64,000 bases of DNA from Eledone cirrhosa (GCA_964016885.1 OZ024740.1:113770001-113834000); one strand, 5' to 3'; positions 1-15,155 are shown, counted from the first letter of the stretch. The notes: a model not told the origin generated them from the sequence alone. Program-made: numbers and translations.

Positions 1-1545
1 CCCTGTTGTTCTTTACAGAAGAGGAAAACGTTTGTGGTTTCTAAGTAAAAAAATATTGTTGTGGGATATAGAGAGGGAGAAAGAATTTAGTGCTCTAGTG
101 AGAGGGGGAAATGTGAGAGAGAGTGAGGTATGTAGTGGGATATAGACAGTGGGGAGCATTTGTTGGTTTAGTGAGAGGGTATTGTGAAAGTGAGAGAAAG
201 TGAGGTATGTAGTGGAATATTGGAGGGTGAGAGAATTTGTTGGTCTAGTGAGAGAGGGAGAATTGTGAGAGAGAGAGATTGAGATATGTAATGGAATATA
301 GAGAGCTGGAGAGAGTTTGTTGGTTTAGTTAAAGAAGTAATTAAGAGAGTGAAAGAGAGTGAGGTATGCAGTGGGATATAGAGAAGGGAGAGAAATTGGT
401 TGTCTAGTCAGAGAGGGGGGATTGTGAGCGAGTGTAAGGTATGAAGTGGGTTATAGAGAGAGGGAGACAGTTTATTTGCCTAGTGAGAAAGGGAGTATTG
501 TGAGAGTGAATATAGAGAGTTGAATATAGAGAGGGTAAGAGAATTTGGTGGTCTGGTGATAGAGGGGGAATTGTTAGCAAGAGTGTGATATATGTGGTGG
601 AATATAGAGAGCGGGAAGGGGTTTCTTGAAGTGGTTAGATAGGGGAAATTAAGAGAATGAAAGAGATTGAGTTATGTAGTGGAATATAGTGGGAGTGGAC
701 ATATTTTGGAGGTCTAGTGAGAGAGGGGGAATTATGAGAGAAAGTGAGCTATGTAGTGAGGTATTAAGCGAAAGAGAGACAGTTTGTTGTTTTAGTGAGA
801 GAAGGGGGAATTGTTAGAGAGATTCAGGTATGCAGTGAGCTTAGAGAGAAGAAGTGAATTCGGCGGTCTATTAAGAGAGGGGGAATTGCGAGAGAGGGTG
901 AGATATAGTTATGTAGTTGGATAGAGAGAGAGAGGGGGGGGGGGGCGTTTGTTGGTCTAATGAGAGACGAGAAGTAAAAAATGAGTAGAGTGAGGTATGT
1001 ATTGGAATATAGAGAGCGGGAGAGTATTTGCCGGTTTAGTGAAATAGAATGAGATATGTAGTGGAATATAGAGAAGGTGAGAGCATTTTGTAGTCTAGTG
1101 AGAGAGAAGGTATTTTGTGACTGAGAGAGAGTGAGGTGGGTAGTGGGATATAGAGTGCGGGAGAATGTTTGTTGGTTTAGTGAGAGAGGGGGAATTGTGA
1201 GAATGATGGAGAGTGATGTATGTATTGGTAATAGAGAGGGAGAGAAATTTTCGTGGTTTAATGAGAAAGGGGGAATTGTGAGAGTGACAGAAAGTGGCGT
1301 AAGCAGTGGGATATAGAAAGAGGGAGAGTGTTTTGTGGTTTAGTGAATGGGAATCGTGAGAGTGAGGTATGTAGTCAGATATATCAGATGGTGGGAGAGA
1401 GTTTGATGGATAATGATAGAGTGGGAGTACTGATCTAGTGAGAGTGAGTGAGGTATGTAGCGTTATGTAGAGAGGGTGAGAAAAGTATAATGTTTTAGTG
1501 AGAGAGGGGTAATAATTTGAGAGAGATTGACAAAAGTATTGTAGA
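1..1545. repeat. Degenerate purine-rich minisatellite, ~78-bp unit, ~19 copies (may extend beyond the window start)
   Basis: The motif gtgaggtatgtagtggaatatagagag...ttgttggtytagtgagagagggggaattgtgaga recurs about every 75-80 bp (near 125, 203, 361, 991, 1131). Confidence 0.85.
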
Positions 1546-1831
1546 AGGGAAGAATGTTTTAATATTGGGTTTCACGGTAAAGTGGCTCTGTATATGAGTG
1601 TGTGTGTTTATATGTATAGGTGTGTATGTGTTTATATGTATAGGTGTGTGTTTGTTTATATATATATGTGCGTGGTTGTATGTTTCAATATATATGAGAG
1701 TGTGTGTTGTTTATATGTGTGTGTGTTTATATATATTTGTGTGTTCATTTCACCAGCAGGCTCTCTCATTAATAGTATCAACTGGAACATTCGTCGTCGT
1801 AACCGTGTATGTGTGTGTGTGTGTGTGTATG

Positions 1832-1862
<31 letters not shown>

Positions 1863-2004
1863 GTTTGTCGGGTTCAATCGGGGGTAACCACAGTAAGTAA
1901 GGTACTCCATACATAGGCAGAGTATAAATATTTATAAGTAATACATATTTATATGGTTTGTACAGGACTAGAACTGTTTCATTCGGGAAAAATCTTCAGG
2001 AAGC

Positions 2005-2042
<38 letters not shown>

Positions 2043-2139
2043 GTGCCTGTGACGTATATACACTGGTCACACACACACATATATACACACACGTAGAAAA
2101 CCTTCATATTGATCAGGAAATATTCGCTAAACATATAGT

Positions 2140-2310
<171 letters not shown>

Positions 2311-3186
2311 ATATATCATATATATACATACAGTCAGGATGGCTAACGAAAACAGTAATTTGATAAGCCGATCAATTACCAGAACTTTGGTGCGGCAGAT
2401 AAAATTCTTATCGATATTTGTTACGGCTTTCCCTTCTCTGTCCAAAAATCCACAATGGTCAACTTTACTTTTCGTCCTCCTGAGGATGATAAAATATGAA
2501 CCACTTAAATACTGAGTCCCATTTAGTCAACTTTTTATCTCCTTAGATTGATGTACTCATGCCTATATTAAAAACCATTAGTTTGGAAATTTACAGATAT
2601 TTGTGTCACGTGGTGATATTTATAAATGAAACAGATTATCGGTCACATATTATACATGAAAATGAAATAGTTATATTTCAGATATATTATTTTTTGTTGG
2701 AGCTGCAGTTAACATTGAATAAAATGCACGATATAGTGCCGTGATCTTCATTCTGCCAATGGAATCTACATAATCGCATATTCTACAAAAGATCTATTAT
2801 CACAAGGCCTATTACATACAAACCAACTGTTTTAGTTGCCATCATAAAACAACCACCATCCATATATTATTAAAAAAATGTGTGGCTAAATCATGAAATC
2901 CAGCAACAAATTTTATTTGCATTTTTGCTTTACTTTTCTTCTGCAGGCACAATTTGTATATGATAATTGTATTATTTTTCTTTTTGCGTATTTTAGCTTT
3001 ATCGCACATCAATGTCAGATTCTCTGATTCCTAAATATAATAGAGTGCCGCAACAATATTATTCTGCTCTGACTGCTGGAAAAAAGTTTTATAGATTTTT
3101 TTTTTTTTTGTAGTTGGGTAGTTATTTTAAAAGGTTTCTGAAGACGCAAATATTCTTCTGATTTATTTACATTCAGTACCTTTGTC

Positions 3187-3218
<32 letters not shown>

Positions 3219-3322
3219 CTTCTTCTTCTTCTTCTTCTTCTTCTGCTTCCGTATGAATATCAAATTTATCAATAATCTTATATAACCATTGTGTAAAGCC
3301 CCAAAAGAAACACAAATTGTAT

Positions 3323-3353
<31 letters not shown>

Positions 3354-3937
3354 ACATACATATATATGTGTGGGTGTGTGCGTGCATGTATGGATGCACG
3401 CGCACACGCGTATGTGTGCGTACAAACACAGGAATTTGATAGATGGGCTATATTATTATTTAAACTTTATTCCTGCTTCCGGTTTTAAAGATTAACTGCG
3501 ACAGTTTCGACTTAGCTGATACATCATCGTAAGAATGTAGTTTGTAACACACACACATTGAAAAATTGTGATTGCAGATTAAATTCCCCGGTAAACTAGC
3601 ACGCAAACGCCACAGTTATTTATTCTCTTCAAAATTTCAACACATTCTTCATTCTTATCCGTTTTGCAGTCTTTCCCTCCATTTTATCCAAATCTTCTCC
3701 CCATATCTCCCCATTACTACAGCTATATTTTACTTTGCTCATCTAGTAATTCCAGTTGAACCGAATCGAGCGTCCATCAGATTTGGAATAAATAAGAAAT
3801 GCGTTATTTTAGCAAGTGGATTGTATATGCTTGTATATGCTAGACGAACTATATAACACTGTTTATATATACATATATTTTGATAGCGCTAGTTTGTGAT
3901 TTAAATTCAGGAATTTTATATTCTTTGAATGAAAAGA

Positions 3938-4021
3938 ACCTTCTGACGAGAATCTCTCTTTGCAACGAAGGCCGTATGGTCTCCGTTTTACTTTTGGGAT
4001 TCGAAACCGATCGGTAAAGGT
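3938..4021 (+). ncRNA. Minimal type-I hammerhead ribozyme motif
   Basis: ACCTT-CTGACGA-GAATCTC...GGGATTC-GAAA-CCGATCGG-TA-AAGGT. Stem I ACCTT/AAGGT, stem II GAATCTC/GGGATTC, palindromic stem III ACCGATCGGT, GUA triplet. Confidence 0.85.
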
Positions 4022-4194
4022 AACTATAGTAGGTAAAGTCAATTTTTTAAAATTTATTTTGAAACTTTTTCATTATTTACTAAACCTTGTTTATATTTGT
4101 TCTGGCTCGTTAATTTATTAACCCACCATTGAACCACACTGGCACTTGGTTGGACAATACATGCGTACCTTGGCGCCTTGTGCGTGAAGGGACG

Positions 4195-4232
<38 letters not shown>

Positions 4233-4703
4233 AGTGGGTGTAACTTGGAGTTACTGCAGGTTCACCCAGCAGAGCACTCAATGTTTAGGTTCACTTCTGT
4301 GATGAGGTGTAGAACTATACAAAGTGTAATATATTGAAATATGAATATATATATATGAATATATAAATATATATATATGAATATATATATATATATATAT
4401 GAATATATATATATATATATATATATATGAATATATATATATATGAATATATATATATATATATGAATATATATATATATATATGTGTATATATACGTGT
4501 ATATATACGTATATAAACACAATTTACCTGAAACCATTTTTAACTCTCACAAGTTTATTCCTTTTTATTTATTTATCTAAGATCAACTTTCCATTATTAA
4601 GTATTGCGCGTGGAAAAAATAATAAATGCTAATGAATAACCCGTTGTTGTTGTTGTTGTTAATCTTATTGTTATTATTATTATTGTCATTATTATTACTA
4701 TTA

Positions 4704-4773
<70 letters not shown>

Positions 4774-6401
4774 CATTAGATTGATATGGTAAGTTTTTCC
4801 CATCATTATTGTTTTTGTTCGTTCACTATACTCCAATTCTTGAATAACATTAACTGGATCGATTAATATTTGTCATTGTGGTACATTGGTGAATTATATC
4901 GAATACATTTTATAAATCATAAATCATGATTTTAGATTGCAATCTTGTATTCATGTAGCTGCTTTCTATCAGACATTTCTTTATATATTATTTTTATATA
5001 CCTGTTGAATACATTCCGTTAGTATAGATAGAAACCTCAATTTTTCTCACCTTCCTTCTCTCATTGTATTCAATGGTGGAAGAGAAGGGAAAAACACAAT
5101 AGTAAACTATATCTTTTCTCTAAAAGCAAAGCCAATTCAATGTTAAATATTTTCTTTTTCAGGTTGATATATCAGGGAAATGATCGGTATAGGAGTGTAA
5201 AATTTTTGGTAAATATTTCTGGTGTTCGTACCACTGTCTCTACCACCCAGGCAGATAGATATCTCTCTCACACCGGGAAAACACATAGACACGTGTCACC
5301 TACTAAATGCCAACTGGCTGCGGGTTTTTGCTTGCTTAAGCCTGCTTATATCGGTGAGTTGTTCCTACTACACTGTATATATATATTTTCATTTCATGTC
5401 CGTGGACCCAAACTTCAGTTTCAGTAACTGACTGTAGTATCAGTAACTGACTGCAATTTAAGTGTTTGCATGCCACTGGAAAACCTTTATTCTAAATATT
5501 CCCTAACACTGAGTGGAACGTTTGATGATTTGGGTAGCAACATTTTAAATTCAAAGCTACTACGTGGCAGGCAAGGTTTCAGCTACTGAGTGACAACATT
5601 TTGATTTATATGGCACAAATAGATGACCATGCGACAGCGCATTCGCACAGCTTAAATGAATCGTTGACGTTTCTATTGTTTCTATTGCTTCATCAGCAGA
5701 GTTTAAAAACAACCATCTTTTAAGCAACTCCAAAAATAAATAAACAAACATTTTCTGTATTGATAGCTTATTTTTAAATCTACCAAAGATGTATATCACT
5801 CGACTAAATAGGTATATAGATTGCCTTTTAGCACTTGATTGTTGATTAGTCCTGATTGAGTAGTTATTTAGAGTAGATATTTCAGCTGTGTACTTATGTG
5901 TGTATATGAATGTATGTTTGTATATACGTATGTATATATGTATGTATGTGTGTGTGTGTATGAGTGATTGTATGTATATATGTTTGTATGTATGTATAAT
6001 TTCCGCGAAGAAAAGTTGATTTATTATTTCCTTTTCATGGCGGAAAATCTATGTAGAAAAGTGATTTCAAAAAACGTACATAAATTCAGTTCTTACAACA
6101 ATCAATTCTTTAAGAGGAAAAAAATAAAATTAAATACTTCTGAAGAGAGTGTTAAAATGATGCAATGATCTCACGTAGATGTGACCACGTTTGAAGACTT
6201 ACCTAACTTGTTTGGATAACAGTATTTGATATATTATGTTGGCATATGCTGTAGAATGTATGATAAGTTTAAAGGCATCAAGATCATGCCAGTTGTAGGA
6301 TGAAATGAAAATACAGTCTCAGATATTCATGTGTGTGTTAATTTAAGAAGGGCGATTCGAAACCATCACATGTTCCTTATCATTAAATCCATTATAACTG
6401 T

Positions 6402-6990
<589 letters not shown>

Positions 6991-8483
6991 GTATCAGAAG
7001 ACCGAATAGTGTGCGAATATGAAATAACGCACATGGCATCAGAACGTAGCGTGCCTCATAAATATACACTGCTAAACATAGCAGCCGGGTTCACACATTT
7101 AAATTAGCTCGACAAGAAGGAGGCGACAATATCAGATATTGAGTTAGAAACTCAAAATAGTCTATTTGTCTGGGTGTTTCAGGCAGTTGCTCAATATAGG
7201 TTCCTACTTCTTTTTCTTGATTAATTACTTTAAATTGAGTCTGGCAAACCATATTGTTATAGTTAGTATTTTTTTCCACTCTAGTGAACTTGGTCTTTTA
7301 CAATTCGAACACATGTATGTTTATATTTGTGTTTATCTCTCTTGTATATTCAATTATATTACACGGCTCAGAACAACTTCTTTCTTTGAGCTATTTAATT
7401 GTAAGAGACTATTTTGAATTTCTAACGCAATATCTGATATATATATATATAGGCATGTATAGGTGCCTGTGTATATATATGAATAGAAAGAGAGATGGGG
7501 ATTGTCAAATGGCTAAAACATCCAATCAACGACGGCTATTCTTGCATGTTCAAGAGCAAAATACCCTCGTTGAGAGGATTCAAATCAATGGCAGCAAGCA
7601 AGGAAAGAAATTCTGAACTGACCTTTTAAGATAGTTCCACAAAGCTGCTACACATCAAAGATGTTTAGCAATTTATTAATTGATCGCCAGAAATTAATCT
7701 ATATTTAAATTTATTACACAAATTTGTATAAAACCACGATCTTCAAAGTTCTGTAATGAACCGCTATCTCTGCCATAGGAAGATCTCTATTTGGCGTTAA
7801 TGGCAGTGAATGTCCAGGCTTAGTGACTGATTTGTACGTGTATTGATGTAAACTATAAAAATCATACTAATATAATGCCAAACTAATTCGCTGAAATATC
7901 AATTTTGAGGATTTATTTTTTCCCATGTGACATCACCATACTTCATCGTCTGATGGGCGTTTATATTAAAAAAACAAATGCATAAACTATGTTGAATAAT
8001 CCTTACATATGCAGCCCAGATTACAGATATTAACGTTTAAATTACATGAGACTATTTAGAAATCGATATACTATACTCTATAATTAGATTTCACGTCCTG
8101 TTTTCTTCTTTTTCTTCTTCTAATTCTTGTGATTACCGTTTAATATTCCGATTTATTTTAATTTTTATTGAAATATTTAAACATTTTAATCAAAATAATC
8201 TCCCTTAATATAACAATTTACCAGATTATATCAGAATTATTTAGAATTGGATAATAGCATTTAAGTATACACTCCACCCATCTTTTTTCTCCTCTTTCGT
8301 TATTTCTTTTATTATTTCAAAATACATTTTTTGCGTTTTCTTTGTTTGTACGAAGTATTATTATGGTTTCTATCTCTATTTTATCGCCAGCATTTTCCTT
8401 CATCGGTGAGCATTTCTAAATGATGAATGGCTTTAGATTCCGATGCCAAATCTCTTTTATTTTTTATACTCGCACACATACAA

Positions 8484-8601
<118 letters not shown>

Positions 8602-9509
8602 ACCCATACATAAATAGTTAAAGAGACATATACGAACAAACACACATACATAAATACAGACACACGCGTACATATATGTGTGGATGTATGCTTGGACGTG
8701 TGTATGTGTGTCTGTCTATGTGTGTAATGTGGTTTCGTGCTATATATACATTTATGGTATTTTATTTTCTTCCTGGTGTTAGAGTATCTCTGCATCAGTA
8801 GATTTTATAAACGGGTGACTGACAAAGGTCTTTAAACTTCATTGATCAAATAACGTGTTTAACCTTTTTTTTCCACGTTTGATACAGGTCACTAGAATAT
8901 CGCTTTGTCATGCTTGAATATGTATGTGTCAAAGGGTTCTTCCTAGTTTTTGAATATATTAATTAGTATTACTCATTTGTACATTTTTACCACACTGATC
9001 CAAATCTTTCAACAGTTATTCCTACCTATCCTCCTACCAACACACAGTAGGCCACCATATATTTATTCTCTCTTATGATGCTAGAGATTTAACGATGCAT
9101 CGTTTATTCATTTCCATTTTGTTTTTATATGTATTTTGTCATTTATTATGCATATATTTATTTATTCGTTTCGGTTTTTCTGGATGATGTCTGACACTTC
9201 CTCGCTTAATTCTCTTTCAGTTTGGTGGGTTATGTCTTACTTATTTTGAATTTTCCTCTCATCGTTTTCTCTATCTGTCTATTCGCATTTGTCTCTATCT
9301 CTCTCCTTCACTTTCACTGATGCTATTCGTGTCTTCTGCGTATTTCTCTCGCTGTATCTCATTCTCTTTTCGCTGCTCCTTTCCATGTGATCCGCTCTGA
9401 TTAACACAAAATGACGCTGCCATAACTTACATTCTCTTTACATTATTACACACGGTGAATTGGCAGTATCGGTAAAGGGTCGGGCGCCATGCTTTGCAGC
9501 ATAGTTAGG

Positions 9510-9640
9510 TCCCTTTACGGTCTGAGTTCAAATCCCGTCGAGGTTAACTTTGCCTTTCATCCTTACGGAGTCGATAACATAAAGTACCAGTAATGCACTG
9601 GCATAATTGCTGGCCTTGTGCTAAAAGTAGAAACAATTAT
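9510..9640 (+). mobile_element. SINE copy (cephalopod-type tRNA-derived SINE body and 3' part)
   Basis: gagttcaaatccc (B-box-like)...gaggttaactttgcctttcatccttacggagtcgataa...aaagtaccagtaatgcactgg...ggccttgtgctaaaagtagaaacaatta. The same sequence recurs at least 5 times in the window. Confidence 0.8.
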
Positions 9641-9706
9641 TACACAAACTACGTTTCCCATGCACATAAATACATACATTCATATATTCACACACGCACA
9701 CACACA

Positions 9707-9757
<51 letters not shown>

Positions 9758-10344
9758 CTCCTAATCGCAATATAATTTCTCTATCAATATTAATATGTTA
9801 TATCGCCTAGAGCAAATGTTCTCAACCCAATTCGGCCAAACCCCCCTTTTACCCCTCGAAATCACGAAACGCCTCCCTACCCTATTTTTCCATTTTTTCA
9901 GTAGATTACTGGGCCAAATCAATTTATGTTAGAATCTTTAAAAAATACTCGTACGAATTAATTACAAAAAAGTTTCAGTCCAAAACAAAAGCAAACTATT
10001 TCAAATTATATATTTTTGAAAAATAGACGTGAATGTTTTCAAAGATTTGATCTCAGTCGAAAAAGCTTTTTGTTTCTTAAATTCTATATTTCCCTGTTAG
10101 CTGTTGTAATATTTTGAGTGGATAGACAATTCTACTATTCAAACTGTAAAGTCAAAATACAAAAGATGCAAAATATGAAGAATTTCTTACCTTTCTCTGA
10201 AATCACAAACCCAGAGGGAAAGAGTACCTTGCAAAATAAAATACCTCGTAGCAAAATAAAATACTTAGTAGCAACGAATGAATTGAGAAGCTAGGTGACA
10301 GTGAGAAAGAAATATCTGTATTCCTTATATATATATATGCATAG

Positions 10345-10389
<45 letters not shown>

Positions 10390-10578
10390 ATCGCGCACGC
10401 ACACATACACACACAGACACACATGTATATATATATACACACACACATATATACATACACATACACAAACTTCTGTGTGTGTGTGTGCCTTGGTTTTGAT
10501 ACAGAAAGAATTTCGTCTCCATTTTTTTTGTTGCCAGGTCAAAGGCCACCTCTCTTTTCAACAACGCCAAATAACAGC

Positions 10579-10669
<91 letters not shown>

Positions 10670-10879
10670 ATACTTGGGGAGGGTCTTATTTGTGTAATAT
10701 TGCCAGAATTAATAACAGAACACACTCAGTGTTTGGTCGGTCTTCGCTTCTCGCTTCTGTGTCTTTTATATCGGTAATCTAATATAATATAATATACTCG
10801 GTCCTCAATGTTGCCATTGACTGACTGACGGTCAAAAATAATACAGATACAATATAGACACAAACACATATATATAGTT

Positions 10880-10923
10880 TATCATAAATCTTTCGTTGCA
10901 CAACTGCAACATCGTCAGTGGTT
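10880..10923 (-). ncRNA. Hammerhead motif in the 3' region (pseudo-LTR) of the PLE, same strand as its ORF
   Basis: Minus strand aacca-CTGACGA-t-GTTGCA-gttg-TGCAAC-GAAA-gat-TTA-tgat. Stem II is perfect; stems I and III are imperfect. Confidence 0.65.
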
Positions 10924-11199
10924 CTATTGTTTCCTCCTGTTGAATTGTATGGCTACGCCATTTTTATTCAGTCTGTCTATATATTTATTTATTTATTTGC
11001 TTGTTTGTTTATTTTATTTTGTCTTTTTGCGCATGCGTTTGCGTGTGTGTATAGTGTTTTGTGTGATGTGTGATGTGTGTTCGTGATTGGGTGACTAATG
11101 TGTGTTTATGTGTTTGTTGTTATTGTGCTTGTGTATGTATTTATTTATTTATTTATTTATTTATTTTATTTTATTTTATTTACTTATTTATACTTCTCT

Positions 11200-14155
11200 T
11201 AGGTCAGTGTTGTTTGTTTGGGTGTTGTTGTTATTCCATTCATTCTTTCTGTTTAGTCTTGGTCTTCTAATTTCTATTTCACTGGCCTCTCTGATTTGCC
11301 TATCTGCTGGGTCATTTCTATGTTTAGATATTATTCTAATTTCTATGTTGTCTATGTTACCGTCATGTTGTTGTGTGGCATGTTCGTATAGTACTGACCC
11401 GTTTTTTCGTCCTTTTAGTTCCCCCAGTGTTGGTCTATCCTTTCACCTATGCTACGAGCTGTCTCACCTATGTATGTTGTTGTCATGATTCTGCAGGTAC
11501 CCTCTGTACATCTTATGCTATAGACTACGTTTCTAGTTTTACAGTTTATCCGGGGGTTTACCTTACACATGCTACATTTCCTGTTGGTACAGTGGGTTTT
11601 CTTAAAAGGGTAGGTTTTGCTGATCAGGGATTTTATGGTGGTTCCTGGTTTTTCTACCACCTTAATTTTTAAGTGGGTCTTTCTCAGGGCCTTTCTACAC
11701 TGGTTAGCTAATTTCCCTCCAGGGGTAGTGTCCACAAACATGATACTCTGGTATCTCTGGTTATCGTACCATGAGGTGGCTTTCCCTATCTTATGTCTAG
11801 CCCTATCTAAGCTATTCCATGATTTGCTCCTGTATAATGGGCAAATTCCTTTCATGTCCAGTTCTATGAGGGTCCTATACTTCTCCATGGCTCCTTCGTA
11901 TACTCTGACTCTGTCTCTTTGGTTGTAGCCAGAGAACTGCATGCGGTTGATGAAGTGTTGGGTGTGTCTTTCCATTTCTGTTGGGTCGCACATGCGGGAC
12001 ACATTCTTCATCACTCGTACCAAATCTGCGATCAGAATATTAAACTTAGCACTACTGGACATTGCTGAGTTTTTTAGTATCTGGTATTTGGAGGCCATGG
12101 GTTTAGCATAGTGTGAGTGGATAATTTCGGCTCTCTCGTCTATAGTGTTAATCCAGAGTTCTGTGTCTAATACAGGTAGTCTATTGTTAGGGTGTTTGGA
12201 AGGGAAGTCGCTAGTTATCGAGGTTATGGTGGGGGGTCTACCTCTTATGGGTCTACTAGGGCAGAAACGTCTAAGGTCATGGCTGTCTAGGTAGTCAGTG
12301 TCGTAGGTAAGTCTAAGTAGGAGGCCCAGTTCGTCTGTGTCGACGTCGCAGAACTCCACCTCACTCTCAATGATCATATCCACACATTTTTCCCACAGCA
12401 AAATCAATGTTAATGGATGGGTACAGTGACACCACATCCATGCTGCCTATTATGCAGTTGGATAGGTTCCTGTTTTTGTTGCACTCACTGATTCTGCTGA
12501 GGAGGTCCCCTCTACTGTCACATACATCCGGGGACATCTTAATTATGGGGCGTATAACCATTGAGAGGAAGTAGGAGATCCTGTAGTTACTAGCTATATA
12601 TGCTCCGCATACGGGTCTTGTTGGTGGTCCTGTTGTCGGGTCGTCGACTGTCTTGTGGTCTTTGCCATACAAGAGTGGTATGCCATTGTTAGACTCCTGG
12701 AAGTTGTTGGCAGTGCGTCTGTTTGGCTTTAGGATGTCAGTCCACATCATCATGTGAGCGTTGAGGATTTTCTCTCTCCCATCGTGTGTTTGTTGTGCAA
12801 TTTCGCTCGTGTTGGTGATGTGGGATTGCATATCCTTGATGTAGTTCAGCATGCTATCTATTGACATCCTACCAGACTTATCCGTGGGTAGACATACTAC
12901 CTCACCATCCCTTGTGCGCTGCTTGAGGCTAACCAAGCCTTCTACAGGTTTCTTCCCAAGTTGTTGGGCCTTTGGTCTGCTCTGTCTCTCAGTATACCAG
13001 TCTACTATTTGTCTAATCTTATTTCTAGCTATGGTGAACTGTGCCTCTGTCTCGTCATCTATTTGTTGTGGTATGCAAACTCTTTTATTAAAGGGTAACC
13101 TCGTAGGATAGATATTACCTTACTTATATGTTTTTTCAGCTGGGTTGAAAAATAGTTTCTCTAAGAGGTTGTCATTATATCTATCGTCATAGTTGTGTGT
13201 GTTGCTATTATTGTTATCATGGTGGTTGTTGTTGTTCCTATCATTAGCATTATTATTATTGTTATGATTGCTAGATGTATTGTTGTTTACTTCACCGTTA
13301 TTGTTGTTGTTACTGTTATTTCTACCATTGTGGTTGTTACTATTATTATGTTTCTTGTTTTTGATGTGTCTATCATTAATGTTGCTACATGTATTATTTC
13401 CATTATTACGACTGTGGTTATTATTGTTGTTGTTCGTATTGTTACCGTTATTACTACTGTGGTCGCTGCTGCTGTGTCTGTGGTTAATGTTTCTATTATT
13501 ATTATTATTGTGGTTGAAGTTGTTCTGTCTATAGTTACCATTATTACTATTTCTCACTTTCCTGTTATTGTTATTGTTATGGCTGTTATTTCTATACTCA
13601 GAGTTATTGTTTATATTACTACTACCGTTATTATTGTTGTTGTTGTTGTTGTTTACCTTTGCATGCCAACGTATTTTTGTGAAACACTTTTCCAGCTCCG
13701 TTTTGCACTCCATAGGGTTAATCTTTTTGTAGATGGCAAATGTTGGTGGTAGCTGCAGGATTTGTTGTTCTTGTTCACTGATTAAAGTGTTCCCATAAAT
13801 ATTTACTGTGTGGTCATTGGTAAATTCTTCCGGTAGTTTTACATCAGTCATGCGGATATTGTTGATGTTATCTGGGTATTTTTGAGAATATTCTATTTTC
13901 CTTTCTAGTAGTTTTTTTATTATTCATCCACTCTAATTTCTTATTGAAGTGCCTATTGCATTCGTTTCGGGCGTATTTCGTTTCACGTCGGATGACGCTC
14001 ATGAAGTTATCCTTCTCGTTTGGTGCGGTGAGATTTCGGACTTCCTTACCGTTAATGCGTTTCTGTCTGTAAAGTTCGTTGACTTTTGTGTATGTTGTTC
14101 TTTTCATATTAACTGTTATTGTGTGTTTTAGTCGTTCAGCTTGTGTTTTGTTCAA
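11200..14155 (-). pseudogene. PLE polyprotein pseudogene: RT (catalytic core deleted), Cys linker, GIY-YIG endonuclease
   Basis: Motifs PTDKSGR, PPTRPVCGA, GSMDVVSLYPSI, DFPSKHPNNRLPVLD, HYAKPMAS, MQFSGY, CTNRKCSMC, NVVYSIRC...YIGETARSIGERIDQH, then in a shifted frame SVLYEH...RQIREA...LNRKNEW. Multiple frameshifts and stops; no YxDD. Confidence 0.9.
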
Positions 14156-14450
14156 TAATAAATTATTTACTTGTTTTGATATGTTTGTTGTGTATATTTT
14201 GGAGGAAACACAGTGTTTTAAGAAGCGGATTTGTTATGTTGTTATTGTAGTTTTTATATAACAGAAAACAGTGTCTTTCAATAACCTATCAGCTTGGCAC
14301 AAGCTAATGCCATAACGGCGATGAATTAGTTTTGCGAGGTTTTTTATATGAAATCGTGTGTCGAAACAAATATTGTTATACTTGGTGAGGGTCATATTTG
14401 TGTAATATTGCCAGAATTAATAACAGAACACACTCACTGTTTGGTATATG

Positions 14451-14550
<100 letters not shown>

Positions 14551-14572
14551 TATATATATACCTATATATATT

Positions 14573-14718
<146 letters not shown>

Positions 14719-14785
14719 GAAAGAAAGAGGGAGGGACCGAGAGAGAGTAAGAAATGTGTGTGTGTGTGTTTGGTACACGTCTATA

Positions 14786-14825
<40 letters not shown>

Positions 14826-14944
14826 AATCTAACTATTATCTATCTATCTCCAACAGGGGTTCAAACATGCGGCACGCGAACTACTTTTCTGTGGCCTGTG
14901 GTAGAACCAATATTTCATATTGCATTATAATTGGTGAAAATAAG

Positions 14945-15155
14945 GCGGTGAGCTGGTGGAATCCTTAGCACATCTGGCGAAATGCTTAACGGTGCTTCTT
15001 CCATTTTTACGTTCTGAATTCCGCCGATCTCAACTTTGCCTTTGATCCTTTTGGGGTCAATGAATTAAGTACCAGTTGTGTACTAGGATCGATGTAATCG
15101 ACTGAACTCTAAACCCCAAATTAAATGCCTTGTACCTATAATAGAAATGATTATA
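14945..15155 (+). mobile_element. SINE copy (same family as 9510-9640, longer 5' part)
   Basis: ggcggtgagctgg...gaatccttagca...aactttgcctttgatccttttggggtcaatgaattaagtaccagttg. Confidence 0.75.

Larger units (their letters stand above)
10663..14444 (-). mobile_element. Penelope-like retroelement (C-terminal GIY-YIG type), degenerate, with ~75-bp terminal direct repeats, inserted in (TA)n
   Basis: The direct repeat tattgttatacttggkgagggtcwtatttgtgtaatattgccagaattaataacagaacacactca occurs at 10663-10738 and 14371-14444. An RT/EN pseudo-ORF lies between them and TA arrays flank both sides. Confidence 0.9.

Noticed and set aside
5660-5700. Minus-strand CTGATGA...GAAAC
   Set aside because: No stem II or stem I pairing; probably chance.
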